Shown: positions 31,807 to 41,740 of the stretch, piece by piece
Position numbering within the stretch: position 1 is the first letter of the stretch
Layout: every line of letters begins with the position of its first letter
Translations under genes and position numbers: made by a program
Assembly: GCA_036790915.1 (NCBI GenBank)
Contig: DAIQIR010000005.1
Coordinates: 434 to 64,433, forward strand
DNA: 64,000 nucleotides
From: Micrococcaceae bacterium
GTDB taxonomy: Bacteria; Actinomycetota; Actinomycetes; Actinomycetales; Micrococcaceae
Direction: 5' to 3'
The notes under the pieces: model-generated
Told to the model about the DNA's origin: nothing
Databases searched by the model: none
Seen by the model: only the letters and a program-made list of their open reading frames with translations

Positions 31807-32604
31807 CTAGGTCAGCGTCCAGGAGCGCTTCGACAACCCGTACCAGAATCCTTCGATGGCAGTCTTCGCGTGCAGTTCACCGGAGCCATAGGCTGCGCCG
31901 AGCGCAACGTACAGCGGCGCCCAGTGCTCGCTGCGCGGGTGCGCCTGCCGGGCGGCCGGGGCCTTGTTCAGGAAGTCCAGGATGGCATCGACATCGCCGC
32001 GCGCCATGGCCTCTTCCGCCCAGTGGTCAAACTCGCTCGAGGCTGCCGGCGGAGTACTGTCCGGACCACCGGCCGGGTTGAACCAGCGGAGGTTGTGCGT
32101 GGTGAACCCGGAACCGACGATGAGGGTGCCCCGTTCGCGCAGCGGTGCCAGCGACATGCCGAGATTGAACAGGCCCCGCGGATCGAGGGTGGGCATGGAC
32201 ATCTGGACCACAGGAACATCTGCTTCGGGGAACAGTTCCTTGAGCGGTACATATGCACCGTGGTCCAGCCCACGGCTCTCATCGCTCTCAACGTGGTGGC
32301 CATGCCCGGCCACCAGCCGTTCCACCTCCGTGGCGAGCTCCGGAGCCTGCGGTGCGTCGTATTTGACGTCGTAGTACTTCTGCGCGAAGCCGCCAAAGTC
32401 ATAAACAAGGCCTGGATCCCGCTGGGTGGCGCTGAGCGTCACGGGAGCGTTTTCCCAGTGCGCGGACACCATCAGGATGTCCTTGGGCTTACTGAAGGTG
32501 CCGGACCAGTCGTGAAGCTGCCGGGTCCAGGTAGCGTCGTCGGCAAGCGGCGGCGCGCCGTGGCTGAGGAAGAGAACCGGGGGCAGGCCGAGTGTTTGTG
32601 TCAT
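31807..32604 (-). CDS. LigB/DODA-type (YgiD-like) extradiol ring-cleavage dioxygenase
   Basis: FLSHGAP, VSAHW, RGLDHG, GSGFTTHNL and AHPRSEH motifs. Confidence 0.9.
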   Translation of the reverse strand: MTQTLGLPPVLFLSHGAPPLADDATWTRQLHDWSGTFSKPKDILMVSAHWENAPVTLSATQRDPGLVYDFGGFAQKYYDVKYDAPQAPELATEVERLVAGHGHHVESDESRGLDHGAYVPLKELFPEADVPVVQMSMPTLDPRGLFNLGMSLAPLRERGTLIVGSGFTTHNLRWFNPAGGPDSTPPAASSEFDHWAEEAMARGDVDAILDFLNKAPAARQAHPRSEHWAPLYVALGAAYGSGELHAKTAIEGFWYGLSKRSWTLT

Positions 32605-32610
32605 GCAACC

Positions 32611-32640
32611 ATGCTACGCCTCTTTTATTGAAGCTTCAAT
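32611..32640 (-). promoter_or_regulatory. leaderless promoter of the dioxygenase with a 14-bp palindromic operator on the -35
   Basis: TTGAAG-17 nt-TAGCAT-6 nt-ATG; perfect palindrome ATTGAAGCTTCAAT at 32627-32640. Confidence 0.7.
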
Positions 32641-32847
32641 CATTAACTTCGTGATGGTCCCGTGGCAGCCGGTCAGGCTGCGGTCTGAGTCTGCGGCGAA
32701 GTGAATCCATTGGCGGTCTGCTCGGCATAGTTATCCACAACCGGCCCTCAGTGACAAGCGCACGCGGCCCCTTCCTGCCTAGACTCCCCAGCAAGGGGCC
32801 GCTTCCGCGGCCTGGATCATCTGCCGGGGGAAGATATGACGTTATGA

Positions 32848-35148
32848 ATGAGACTGGCTGCCGTTGTGGCAGCGCTGACACTGTTTTGCACCGGCTGCAC
32901 GGACGGCAACTGGCTGGACCAGACCCGGCTCTCCTTCCATGCCGACGGTATCGACACCGCTCTGGCCAGCGAAGACCGGACTAACAGTGCGCTGCGGGAC
33001 ATGGCGAGTCGGGGGCATGAAGTCCTGGCCGTACTGGACATTGCCACGCCAGGCTTCGACGGCCATCGGGCTGCCTATTCCCCGGACAACGGTGTTTCCT
33101 GGCAGCCAGTGCTGTTTGACGGCCAGGCCGATCCAGCCATGGTGCTGTACAACCTGCCGGCTGTCCGCGATGGCCAATGGCTCCTGCTCGGGTACCGCAA
33201 CGGGCAGGTCTTCGCCTTCACCAGCAGTAACGGCACAGACTTCAGCCTTCAGCCGGAACCAATTCTTGACACCACGGCCACCCGCCTGAACGCGGCCGTT
33301 GGCACGGCCCACGGCTGGCTTCTCGCCACAACACCCGACCGCGAGTCCGACGGCACGGCCATGACGCTCTACCAGAGCCGCGACGGTTCAGCCTGGACCG
33401 CCCGGGACGGGACAGCAGCCGGGCTGCCCCGCGCGCACGGCACCTTCCACCCGTTGAGCATGGCCGCGGGCCCGGCCGCCGTGCTTCTCGTGGGGCAGGA
33501 GGTCAATCCCAGCCGTCCGCCATTTTCACGGGCGTTCTCCTCTACCGACGGCGGGAACAGCTGGCAGGATGCCAGTCCGGATGCCTCGGGCATTGGGGTC
33601 CTTGGCAATGCCCTCTGGACCGCAGCCTGGTCGGGAACAGATTTCAGGGTGACTGGCCATGCGTGGCCCGGAGTTCACTTGCCGAAAGACTTTCCCCTGG
33701 GCATGTCCGGCAGTTGGACACCGGGAGGAGCATGGCAACTCGCCGCCGACCCTTCGTGGAGCACCCAAGCCCAGGAATTCCCTCAGCAGTCCGACGTTGC
33801 CTACGGTTCCGCAGGAGCGATCGCCACCCAGATGATCGGCGAGCTGAGTGTCGACATACCCAGGGTCCTGCTTCAGCGGCCTGGACAACCCTGGTCCGAA
33901 CTGCAGATGCCTGAACCAGCCGGGGACGGGCTTCGACTCTATTCCGACGTGACAGCAGTGGCCGACGGCTTCCTGGTGGCCGGCACCGACTCCAACCATG
34001 GAAACGACCAGGTTCGCCTCTGGCACGTGGACGCCGGCGGAGCCGTGACCGAACGGCATGCTGCCCTGGAAGCCGCGGCGCCGTTGCTCACCGCCGGGAA
34101 GGAACCGCATATCACCGGGTTCAGCAGCGGCAGTGGCCAACCGCTGGCCTTCGGATCGGTCGGTTCCCAGCCCACGATCTGGGAGCTGGAGGGCGAAAGG
34201 AACTTCAGTAAGTACACCACTCTGGTCAGTGACGAGAACCAGACCTTGGACACCATGGCGGCCGGACCCCGCGGCCTGATGCTGTTGGGGAGCAGCAGGA
34301 CAGCCAACAGCCGGCTGCCGGTCATCTGGTCACGGCCCGACGGCGGAGCATGGTCGGTGTACACCGGCAACATCTTCGGCGCCGGCACTGAGAACGGGGA
34401 CTCTCCGGTGACAGCGGTGCTTCCCTCGAGCCACGGCTTCCTCGCGGCGGGATGGTTCACTGCCGATGGTGCCGACCATGCGGGAATCGCAGTGTCTGAC
34501 GACGGGGCCAAGTGGAGCCATGTCCAGGGAAGCGAATTCCGGGGCAAGCCAGCCGCAGGCCGCTACATCGGTTCACTGGCCGAGACACCGGCCCGGACAG
34601 TGCTGGCCGGCGGATCCATCGACGAGGGGCAGCTACGTACAGCAACGGTGTGGGCATCCGCTGACGCCCGGACCTGGACGCCGGTGCTGCTCCCCCGAGC
34701 CGAGGGCTACACGGATGCCCATGTTGTGTCACTCACTGCCGGGCCATCGCGGACGGTCGCCGTGGTGAAACACAGCTCCACGGGGAAACCGAATCGCTAT
34801 TCGACATTCTCCAGCGGCGACAACGGACTGACCTGGGAGCACGGAACCGACCTGGACGCTTCCTCAACCGATCAGGACGTGGCCCTCCCCCGGATCACTG
34901 TCAACGGCGAAGGGTTCGTGCTGCTCGCAACCCAGGGGCCGCCACGGCAACATACTCCTGTTCTTATGGTGAGCGGCGACGGGAGGCAGTTTGCGGCCCG
35001 GCCCGTGGACCACACTGCACTCGAACAGGAGGATCTCAGTGTTTCTGCCATCGGGATCACGGGGGAAAAATTGATGATCGCCGGCGCCACCGGGCCTGCT
35101 GACCGGCGCGAATCCTTTGGGATAAGCATTGACGTTCCTGAGCCTTGA
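32848..35148 (+). CDS. large putative lipoprotein with Asp-box (BNR) repeats, probable beta-propeller(s)
   Basis: Lipobox-like LFCTGC; repeated SxDxGxxW/SxDGxxW motifs (SPDNGVSW, STDGGNSW, SRDGSAW, SDDGAKW, SGDNGLTW). Confidence 0.75.
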   Translation: MRLAAVVAALTLFCTGCTDGNWLDQTRLSFHADGIDTALASEDRTNSALRDMASRGHEVLAVLDIATPGFDGHRAAYSPDNGVSWQPVLFDGQADPAMVLYNLPAVRDGQWLLLGYRNGQVFAFTSSNGTDFSLQPEPILDTTATRLNAAVGTAHGWLLATTPDRESDGTAMTLYQSRDGSAWTARDGTAAGLPRAHGTFHPLSMAAGPAAVLLVGQEVNPSRPPFSRAFSSTDGGNSWQDASPDASGIGVLGNALWTAAWSGTDFRVTGHAWPGVHLPKDFPLGMSGSWTPGGAWQLAADPSWSTQAQEFPQQSDVAYGSAGAIATQMIGELSVDIPRVLLQRPGQPWSELQMPEPAGDGLRLYSDVTAVADGFLVAGTDSNHGNDQVRLWHVDAGGAVTERHAALEAAAPLLTAGKEPHITGFSSGSGQPLAFGSVGSQPTIWELEGERNFSKYTTLVSDENQTLDTMAAGPRGLMLLGSSRTANSRLPVIWSRPDGGAWSVYTGNIFGAGTENGDSPVTAVLPSSHGFLAAGWFTADGADHAGIAVSDDGAKWSHVQGSEFRGKPAAGRYIGSLAETPARTVLAGGSIDEGQLRTATVWASADARTWTPVLLPRAEGYTDAHVVSLTAGPSRTVAVVKHSSTGKPNRYSTFSSGDNGLTWEHGTDLDASSTDQDVALPRITVNGEGFVLLATQGPPRQHTPVLMVSGDGRQFAARPVDHTALEQEDLSVSAIGITGEKLMIAGATGPADRRESFGISIDVPEP

Positions 35149-35202
35149 CGTGCCCGTGCCTTGGATCTGCCAGCGCTTTGCAGCCGTCCGGTGCTCCTGA
35201 TG

Positions 35203-36036
35203 TCAGCAGCCGGTCAGATGCCGCTTGGGCCGTTCCTGCCGGTACAGGTAGCGGCCGGCTTCCCGGAATCCCACCTTGGCGTAGAGCTGCTGGGCCCCGG
35301 AGTTCGCTGCCGTAACCAGCAGCCAGTAGCCGGCGAGGTTGCGGGCGTCCCCTTCGGACAGGAGCGCCTGCATGATCCGCAGGGCGTGTCCGCTCCGCCG
35401 GGCGTCCGGGCGCGTGGCCATGCAGTAAAGCCCGCCCCAACTGCCTGCTGCGTCCCCGGCAGGGAGAGCCAGCCTTCCGACGGCGGCGGGCACACCGTCG
35501 TCGGACCCCACCATGGCGTAGACCGACGGACAGCCCGTCAGGATGCTGCGTGCGGTCTCACGCTCGGCAGGGCCGCCACGGCCATCCACGCTCCACCACA
35601 GCTCCAGCCACTCATCGCTGGGGGCCATGGAGATCTCGACGTCGGGTTGAGCCACGGCAGGTTGGGCCATCGCCGGTTGGTCCGCCGCCTGCGTCCCGTT
35701 GCCCCGGCACATCACCAGTGTTTCGGATTGGCGGGTGAAGCCTTCCCCGTCGAGGATGGCATTCAGTCCGGTGGAGCGGGGATCATCGAAGACCTGGAAA
35801 ATCAGCGGCAGGCGCCGGCCGCGGTACCACAGCCGGGCGGCACGAAGAGCCTCGTGCCGCTGGCCGGTGCCGCCATCCGGCTCGCGCGGCCACACCGAAT
35901 TGGCGCGCTGCGTCACGCCGGAGGCCGCCCTCAGCACCCAACCGTTGGATTCCTCGCGGTCCGGGGCCGGCCATGCAGCGTCCATCAGCGCCTCCATGCC
36001 AGGCAGGGCTGGCGCTGGAGTTGGAGCTGTCATCAC
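35203..36036 (-). CDS. GNAT-family N-acetyltransferase
   Basis: GWVLRA..GVTQRANSV; RRSGHA acetyl-CoA motif; N..AQQLYAKVGF. Confidence 0.88.
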   Translation of the reverse strand: MMTAPTPAPALPGMEALMDAAWPAPDREESNGWVLRAASGVTQRANSVWPREPDGGTGQRHEALRAARLWYRGRRLPLIFQVFDDPRSTGLNAILDGEGFTRQSETLVMCRGNGTQAADQPAMAQPAVAQPDVEISMAPSDEWLELWWSVDGRGGPAERETARSILTGCPSVYAMVGSDDGVPAAVGRLALPAGDAAGSWGGLYCMATRPDARRSGHALRIMQALLSEGDARNLAGYWLLVTAANSGAQQLYAKVGFREAGRYLYRQERPKRHLTGC

Positions 36037-36054
36037 GTACCACCCTTCCGAAGC

Positions 36055-36086
36055 GAGAGGCCCCCCGGTTTCCCGGGGAGCCTCTC
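36055..36086 (-). terminator. hairpin terminator after aspS
   Basis: gagaggccccccgg-tttc-ccggggagcctctc. Confidence 0.65.
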
Positions 36087-36102
36087 CACTGCGGTGTTCA
36101 GA

Positions 36103-37875
36103 TTACTCGGCCTTCTTGGCTTCCGGCTTGAAGTCCACGCCGGCTTCCTTGCGCTGCTGCGCCGTGATCGGCGCGGGGGCCTGGGTCAGGGGGTCGTAAC
36201 CGTTGCCCGTCTTCGGGAACGCAATCACGTCGCGGATGGACTCAACGCCCGCCAGCAATGCCACCACGCGGTCCCAGCCGAAGGCGATGCCGCCGTGCGG
36301 AGGGGCGCCGAACTTGAAGCCTTCCAGCAGGAAGCCAAACTTAGTCTGGGCATCTTCCCGGTCCAGGCCCATCAGTTCGAAGACCCGTTCCTGGACGTCC
36401 CGCTCGTGGATACGGATGGAACCGCCGCCGATTTCGTTGCCGTTGCACACGATGTCGTACGCGTAGGAAAGCGCCGATTCCGGGTCCTTGTCGAACGTGT
36501 CCATGAACTCGGGCTTGGGCGAGGTGAAGGCGTGGTGGACGGCCGTCCACTTGCCGGCGCCAACAGCAACATCGCCGGACGCCACCGCTGCGGCCGCCGG
36601 TTCGAACATAGGAGCGTCAACCACCCAGCAGAAGGCCCAGGCGCCGGGGTCGATCAGGCCGGTGCGGTGGCCGATCTCCACGCGGGCAGCACCCAGGAGG
36701 GCACGGGCCGCAGACTTCTCACCGGCGGCGAAGAAGATGCAGTCGCCCGGCTTCGCGCCCACGGCGTCCGCCAGGCCTGCACGCTCGGTATCGGTCAGGT
36801 TCTTGGCAACCGGGCCGGCCAGTTCGCCGTCTTCCTTGAAGAGGACGTACGCCAGGCCCTTGTGGCCGCGCTGCTTGGCGAATTCCTGCCAGCCATCGAG
36901 GGTGCGTCGCGGCTGGGAAGCACCACCGGGCATCACCACGGCGCCCACATACGGCGCCTTGAAGACGCCAAAGTTGGTGTCCTTGAAGAATTCGGTGAGC
37001 TCAGTCAGCTCCACGCCGAAACGGAGATCCGGCTTGTCCGAGCCAAAGCGCGCCATGGCGTCCGCGTAGGTGATGCGCGCGATGGGCGTGGGGATCTCGA
37101 CGTCGATCAGCTTCCACAGTGCCTTGACGATGTTTTCGCCCAGGGCAATGATGTCGTCCTGGTCCACGAAACTGGCTTCGATGTCCAGCTGGGTGAATTC
37201 CGGCTGGCGGTCGGCGCGGAAGTCCTCGTCGCGGTAGCAGCGCGCGATCTGGTAGTACTTCTCGAAGCCGCCCACCTGCAGGAGCTGCTTGAAAAGCTGC
37301 GGGGACTGCGGCAGCGCGTACCAGGAACCCGGCGCCAGGCGCGCCGGGACCACGAAGTCGCGGGCACCTTCCGGCGTCGAACGCGTCAGCGTGGGAGTCT
37401 CGATCTCGACAAAACCGTCCTGGTGGAGCAGTTCGCGGGCAATCCGGTTGGCTTCGGAGCGCAACCGGAGGTTGCGGGCGGGGCCGGGGCGGCGCAGGTC
37501 AAGGTAGCGATGCTTCAGGCGGGCTTCCTCACCCACCTCCACGTGCTCGTCGATCTGGAACGGCAGCGGATCGGAGGTATTGAGGATGACCACCTTGTCC
37601 GCCATGACCTCGATGGCACCGGTGGCCAGGGCGGGGTTCTCGTTGCCCTCGGGGCGCTGGGAGACGGTGCCGGTAATCTGCAGGACGTACTCGTTGCGCA
37701 GACCGTGGAAGACCTCTTCCTCACGGACCACAACCTGGGCCACGCCCGACGCATCGCGCAGATCCACGAATGCAACACCACCGTGATCACGACGACGGCC
37801 CACCCAGCCAGCCAGGGTTACGGTTTGTCCAATGTGCTCGGAGCGAAGGGATCCGAGGTCATGTGTGCGCAGCAC
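36103..37875 (-). CDS. aspS: aspartate--tRNA(Asp/Asn) ligase, probably non-discriminating
   Basis: [25 protein letters not shown] and GAPPHGG motifs; GTG start at 37875. Confidence 0.97.
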   Translation of the reverse strand: MLRTHDLGSLRSEHIGQTVTLAGWVGRRRDHGGVAFVDLRDASGVAQVVVREEEVFHGLRNEYVLQITGTVSQRPEGNENPALATGAIEVMADKVVILNTSDPLPFQIDEHVEVGEEARLKHRYLDLRRPGPARNLRLRSEANRIARELLHQDGFVEIETPTLTRSTPEGARDFVVPARLAPGSWYALPQSPQLFKQLLQVGGFEKYYQIARCYRDEDFRADRQPEFTQLDIEASFVDQDDIIALGENIVKALWKLIDVEIPTPIARITYADAMARFGSDKPDLRFGVELTELTEFFKDTNFGVFKAPYVGAVVMPGGASQPRRTLDGWQEFAKQRGHKGLAYVLFKEDGELAGPVAKNLTDTERAGLADAVGAKPGDCIFFAAGEKSAARALLGAARVEIGHRTGLIDPGAWAFCWVVDAPMFEPAAAAVASGDVAVGAGKWTAVHHAFTSPKPEFMDTFDKDPESALSYAYDIVCNGNEIGGGSIRIHERDVQERVFELMGLDREDAQTKFGFLLEGFKFGAPPHGGIAFGWDRVVALLAGVESIRDVIAFPKTGNGYDPLTQAPAPITAQQRKEAGVDFKPEAKKAE

Positions 37876-37985
37876 AGCACGCCTTTCTGAAGACGACAGC
37901 AGGAAAACAAAAGATAAAAACTGCATAGGATCGTTCCGGGAACAATCCCGTCTGAGTTTACCCGCTGGAAAGGCCCGCCTCCCCC

Positions 37986-39242
37986 ATGTCCGAACACCAG
38001 CAGCTTCAACGCAGGCTGGGCGTGTTTGACGCCACGTCCATCGGCCTGGGCTCCATGCTCGGGGCCGGCGTTTTTGTAGTCTTCGCCCCCGCGGCGGGCC
38101 TGGCCGGAAATTTCCTGGTCCTCGCTGTCCTGGTCGCGGGTGCCGTGGCCTACTGCAACGCAGTTGCCTCCGCAGAGTTGGCCGCACGGTATCCGGCCAG
38201 CGGCGGAACGTACGTGTACGGCCGGAAGCGGCTGGGGGAATGGCCGGGTTTCCTTGCCGGCTGGGGATTTGTCAGCGGCAAGACGGCGTCCTGCGCCGCC
38301 ATGGCACTGACGTTCGCCCACTACGTGTCACCGGGCTACGCCGTGCCGGTTGCCATCGCTGCGGTGGTTGCGCTGACGGCCTTGAACCTGTTTGGCATTA
38401 CGCGCACGGCGCTCCTGACCCGGGTCCTGCTGTGCGTTGTCCTGGCCACCCTGGTGTTTGTTGCCGCAGCCGCGATCGTGGGGCCGCATCCGGCCGGCGT
38501 GATGTCCGGCGGGACAGCCGGGGCGGGCGGCAGCGGCGGAATCGATGGGGTGCTGCCGGCCGCGGGCCTGATGTTCTTCGCCTTCGCAGGGTACGCGCGG
38601 ATCGCCACCCTGGGCGAGGAAGTCAGGGACCCGGCCAGGACCATTCCCCGCGCGATCCTGGCTGCCCTTGCGGGCGCTTTCGTCATCTACCTGGCACTCG
38701 CGCTGCTGTTGCAGAACCATTTGTCAGGCGGCCGGTTGTCAGCAACCACGGCTCCGCTGCTGGACGCGGTGCTCAATTCGCGGCTTGCCGCCGGTGCGCC
38801 GCTGGTCCAGGCAGGCGCGGCAGCGGCGTGCCTTGGCGCCCTGCTGGCGCTCATCACCGGAGTCGGCCGGACTGCCCTCGCCATGGCGCGGGAACGCGAC
38901 CTGCCAGCGCCCCTGGCCCGGGTAGGCGGCAAGCACACGGTGCCGTTCGTGGCAGAACTGGCGGTAGCCGCCGTCGTGATCTTCCTGCTCCTGACCACTG
39001 ATGTGATGACTGTGGTGGGGTTCTCCAGCTTCGGTGTGCTTATCTACTACGCGGTGGCGAACGCCGCCGCCTACACGCTGCCGGAGCACCCGGCCCACGG
39101 GCCGAAGTGGCTCAATGTGGCCGGCTTCTTCAGCTGTCTGATGCTGGCTTTCACGCTGCCGCCCGCTTCGGTGCTGGGGATGGCGGCTGTCCTGGCCGCC
39201 GGAGCGGCTGTCCGGTTTGTGGTGCTTCGGCTGCGCCGCTAG
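37986..39242 (+). CDS. APC-family amino acid permease
   Basis: [20 protein letters not shown] and [14 protein letters not shown] motifs. Confidence 0.92.
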   Translation: MSEHQQLQRRLGVFDATSIGLGSMLGAGVFVVFAPAAGLAGNFLVLAVLVAGAVAYCNAVASAELAARYPASGGTYVYGRKRLGEWPGFLAGWGFVSGKTASCAAMALTFAHYVSPGYAVPVAIAAVVALTALNLFGITRTALLTRVLLCVVLATLVFVAAAAIVGPHPAGVMSGGTAGAGGSGGIDGVLPAAGLMFFAFAGYARIATLGEEVRDPARTIPRAILAALAGAFVIYLALALLLQNHLSGGRLSATTAPLLDAVLNSRLAAGAPLVQAGAAAACLGALLALITGVGRTALAMARERDLPAPLARVGGKHTVPFVAELAVAAVVIFLLLTTDVMTVVGFSSFGVLIYYAVANAAAYTLPEHPAHGPKWLNVAGFFSCLMLAFTLPPASVLGMAAVLAAGAAVRFVVLRLRR

Positions 39243-39252
39243 CTGGCGCCGA

Positions 39253-40635
39253 TCAGGCCGGCTGGGCAGCTGCCGCCGGCACCTGGACTGTAGTCACCTG
39301 AACATTGAGGTCTTCCGACGGCGGCGTCCACGTTGCGGGGTCGGCGTCGGCCTGCTCTCCTGAGCGGATGTCCTTGACCTGGTGCTTGCCGTCGTCGTCA
39401 GTGAACCAGACAAACGGGATGCCGCGGCGGTCCGCGAATTTGATCTGCTTGCCGAACTTCTCGGCTTTGGCCGCCACTTCGGTGGCGATGCCCCGGCTGC
39501 GGAGCTGGGCCGCAATATCCTGTGCGGCCCCCCAGCTGTCGTCATTGGTGAGCGCCACCAGCACGGCGGTGGGCACCGAACGGGAAGCCTTGGCCAGGTC
39601 CTGGCTCAGGATGCGCGACACCAGCCGGGTCACGCCGATGGAAAGGCCGACGCCGGGGAACTTGCGGTTCCCCTTGCTCGCCAAGGCGTCGTAGCGGCCG
39701 CCCGAGCAGATGGAACCGAGCTGCTCGTGGCCCACCAGCACGGTCTCAACTACGGTGCCGGTGTAGTAGTCCAGGCCGCGGGCGATGCTGAGGTCGGCAA
39801 CAACCTTGCCCGGCGCGCGCTGCACGGCAGCTTCGATCACCTGTTCCAGTTCATTAAGGCCCTCCTCGAGGAGGTCATTGGTCACGCCCAGCGCGCGGAC
39901 CCTGGCCACAAACGAGGTGTCTTCGGTGCGGATTCCGGCCAGCTTCAGCGCCGCCTGCGCCTGGTCGTCGGTTGCACCCAGTTCGGTCTTGAGCAGCTCT
40001 GCGACCTTGGCCGGCCCGATCTTTTCCAGCTTGTCGATGCTGCGGAGCACACCGGCGGTGTCGTCCAGGCCAATGCCGCGGTAGAAGCCCTCGGCGAGCT
40101 TGCGGTTGTTGATCCGCAGGCGGAAGTCCGGAATCGGAAGGGCGCTCAAGGCTTCGGCAATGACGAGGGCAATCTCCACGTCGTAGCGGAATGGCAGCTC
40201 GCCGTCGCCCACAACATCGATGTCCGCCTGGGTGAATTCCCGGGCCCGGCCTTCCTGCGGGCGTTCCCCGCGCCAGACCTTCTGGATCTGGTAGCGCCGG
40301 AACGGGAACGCAAGGTACCCGGCGTTCTCCACCACGTAGCGGGCAAAAGGCACCGTGAGGTCGAAGTGCAGCGCGAGGGCATTGGGGTCCGCTTTGCCGG
40401 CCTTGCCCGCGTCGGAGGTGTCGTCGTCGTCCTGGAGGCGGCTGAGGCCGTAGACCTCCTTGTCAATCTCGCCCTTGCGCAGCAGCTGGCCCACGGTTTC
40501 GACGGCACGGGTCTCGATGGACGCGAAGCCGTGCAGCTCGAAAACCTTACGGAGGGTGTCCAGCACGTGCAGCTCCACCAGCCGCTCCTCGGGAAGCCAC
40601 TCGGGGAATCCGGACAGGGAGGCGGTGCGTGCCAT
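39253..40635 (-). CDS. hisS: histidine--tRNA ligase
   Basis: GERPQEGRAREF, RGLDYYTG and GGRYD motifs; AGGAG SD before ATG 40635. Confidence 0.97.
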   Translation of the reverse strand: MARTASLSGFPEWLPEERLVELHVLDTLRKVFELHGFASIETRAVETVGQLLRKGEIDKEVYGLSRLQDDDDTSDAGKAGKADPNALALHFDLTVPFARYVVENAGYLAFPFRRYQIQKVWRGERPQEGRAREFTQADIDVVGDGELPFRYDVEIALVIAEALSALPIPDFRLRINNRKLAEGFYRGIGLDDTAGVLRSIDKLEKIGPAKVAELLKTELGATDDQAQAALKLAGIRTEDTSFVARVRALGVTNDLLEEGLNELEQVIEAAVQRAPGKVVADLSIARGLDYYTGTVVETVLVGHEQLGSICSGGRYDALASKGNRKFPGVGLSIGVTRLVSRILSQDLAKASRSVPTAVLVALTNDDSWGAAQDIAAQLRSRGIATEVAAKAEKFGKQIKFADRRGIPFVWFTDDDGKHQVKDIRSGEQADADPATWTPPSEDLNVQVTTVQVPAAAAQPA

Positions 40636-40867
40636 GGTGGATGTTCTCCTCTTGATGAAGGTGCCTGGGACTTTGCCCGGCATTCCACCCGAAACGGGCG
40701 GGGAACGGCGGCAGTCGGGCAAGTCATGCATAAACTATGTGCGGCAGTCAGTTTATGCGTCATCCGCCGGCATCTCTAATACGGCGGCCGGCACCGCAAG
40801 GCTGCCGGCAGACAACCGCCTCCGGAGCCAGTACTGACCGGACGCGGCCCGACACACAGGAGGACCA

Positions 40868-41674
40868 TTGGCGGCCAGTTCACGCAGCGCCCGCGAAGCC
40901 AAACGGCGCATCCAGCAGATGGAGGCAAAGCGCGAGCTGCGGCGGGACCAGGAAAAACGGCGCAAGCGCGACAACCTCATTGCCGCCGGTGCCGGTGCCG
41001 CCGCCGTGTTGCTCGCCGTCGTTCTTCAGCTCACGTCGTTTGCGGGCAACCCCACAGAAGACGAATTCGCCGCCGCCGAGGCTGGCCTGACCAGCCCGTC
41101 CGAGTCCCCCACGTCGTCGGCAGCCGCCACCAACGGCGCCAACATCCCGGCGCCCGACACTGCAGCCGGCAAGGTGTTCACCGGTGAACTAGCTCTGAAC
41201 AAAGGTCCACTCGGCGTTGAAATTGACGGAACCAAGGCCCCGCAGGCCGCCGCAGTCTTCAAATCCCTCGGCGACGAGGGCTACTTCAGCGGCAAGACCT
41301 GCCACCGGCTGACCACCGCCGAAAACTTCGGTGTCCTGCAATGCGGTTCAGCGGACGGCCAGGGGGGCGGGCGGCCTGACTTCACCTGGGGCCCACTTGA
41401 AAACGTCCCGGCAGACAACATCTATCCGGCGGGCACCATAGCGGTGGCCAGGACGGGCAACAACGCCTACGGCAACGGCACGCAGTTCTTCATTGTGTAT
41501 AAAGACACCATGATTCCCGCAGACTCAGCAGGCGGCTATACGGTGGTGGGCAAGGTGACGTCCGGGCTGGATGTCGTGTCCGCTATTGCGGCGGCGGGGA
41601 TCACCCCCGGCAGCAGCGACACGGACGGCGCGCCCGTCGAAGCAGTCACGATAGACTCGTTTTCTCTGAAGTAG
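40868..41674 (+). CDS. membrane-anchored cyclophilin-type peptidyl-prolyl isomerase (PpiB-like)
   Basis: CHRL, LQCG, QFFIVY and YTVVGKV motifs; AGGAGG SD before TTG. Confidence 0.9.
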   Translation: MAASSRSAREAKRRIQQMEAKRELRRDQEKRRKRDNLIAAGAGAAAVLLAVVLQLTSFAGNPTEDEFAAAEAGLTSPSESPTSSAAATNGANIPAPDTAAGKVFTGELALNKGPLGVEIDGTKAPQAAAVFKSLGDEGYFSGKTCHRLTTAENFGVLQCGSADGQGGGRPDFTWGPLENVPADNIYPAGTIAVARTGNNAYGNGTQFFIVYKDTMIPADSAGGYTVVGKVTSGLDVVSAIAAAGITPGSSDTDGAPVEAVTIDSFSLK

Positions 41675-41740
41675 GAAGCCCGGCCAGACGGCTGCGGTGC
41701 GGTACGTGAGTATTTCCCTCCAAGCGAAAGACTTTTAGCG

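Noticed and set aside
35161..37890. 909-aa + strand ORF and similar long ORFs (29305-30783, 58839-60515, 61241-63085, 26566-27873, 39382-40779)
   Set aside because: Antisense shadows of well-supported genes (aspS, rarA, thrS, dnaE2, alaS, hisS), caused by stop-codon scarcity in high-GC DNA; no recognisable motifs
37876..38187. N-terminal extensions in the ORF track (aspS to 38187; also hisS 40731, alaS 27483, ruvX 24899, murT 53891, HAD 10048, pgsA 57989)
   Set aside because: They overlap neighbouring genes or promoters; downstream starts have an SD or leaderless -10 and match family N-termini
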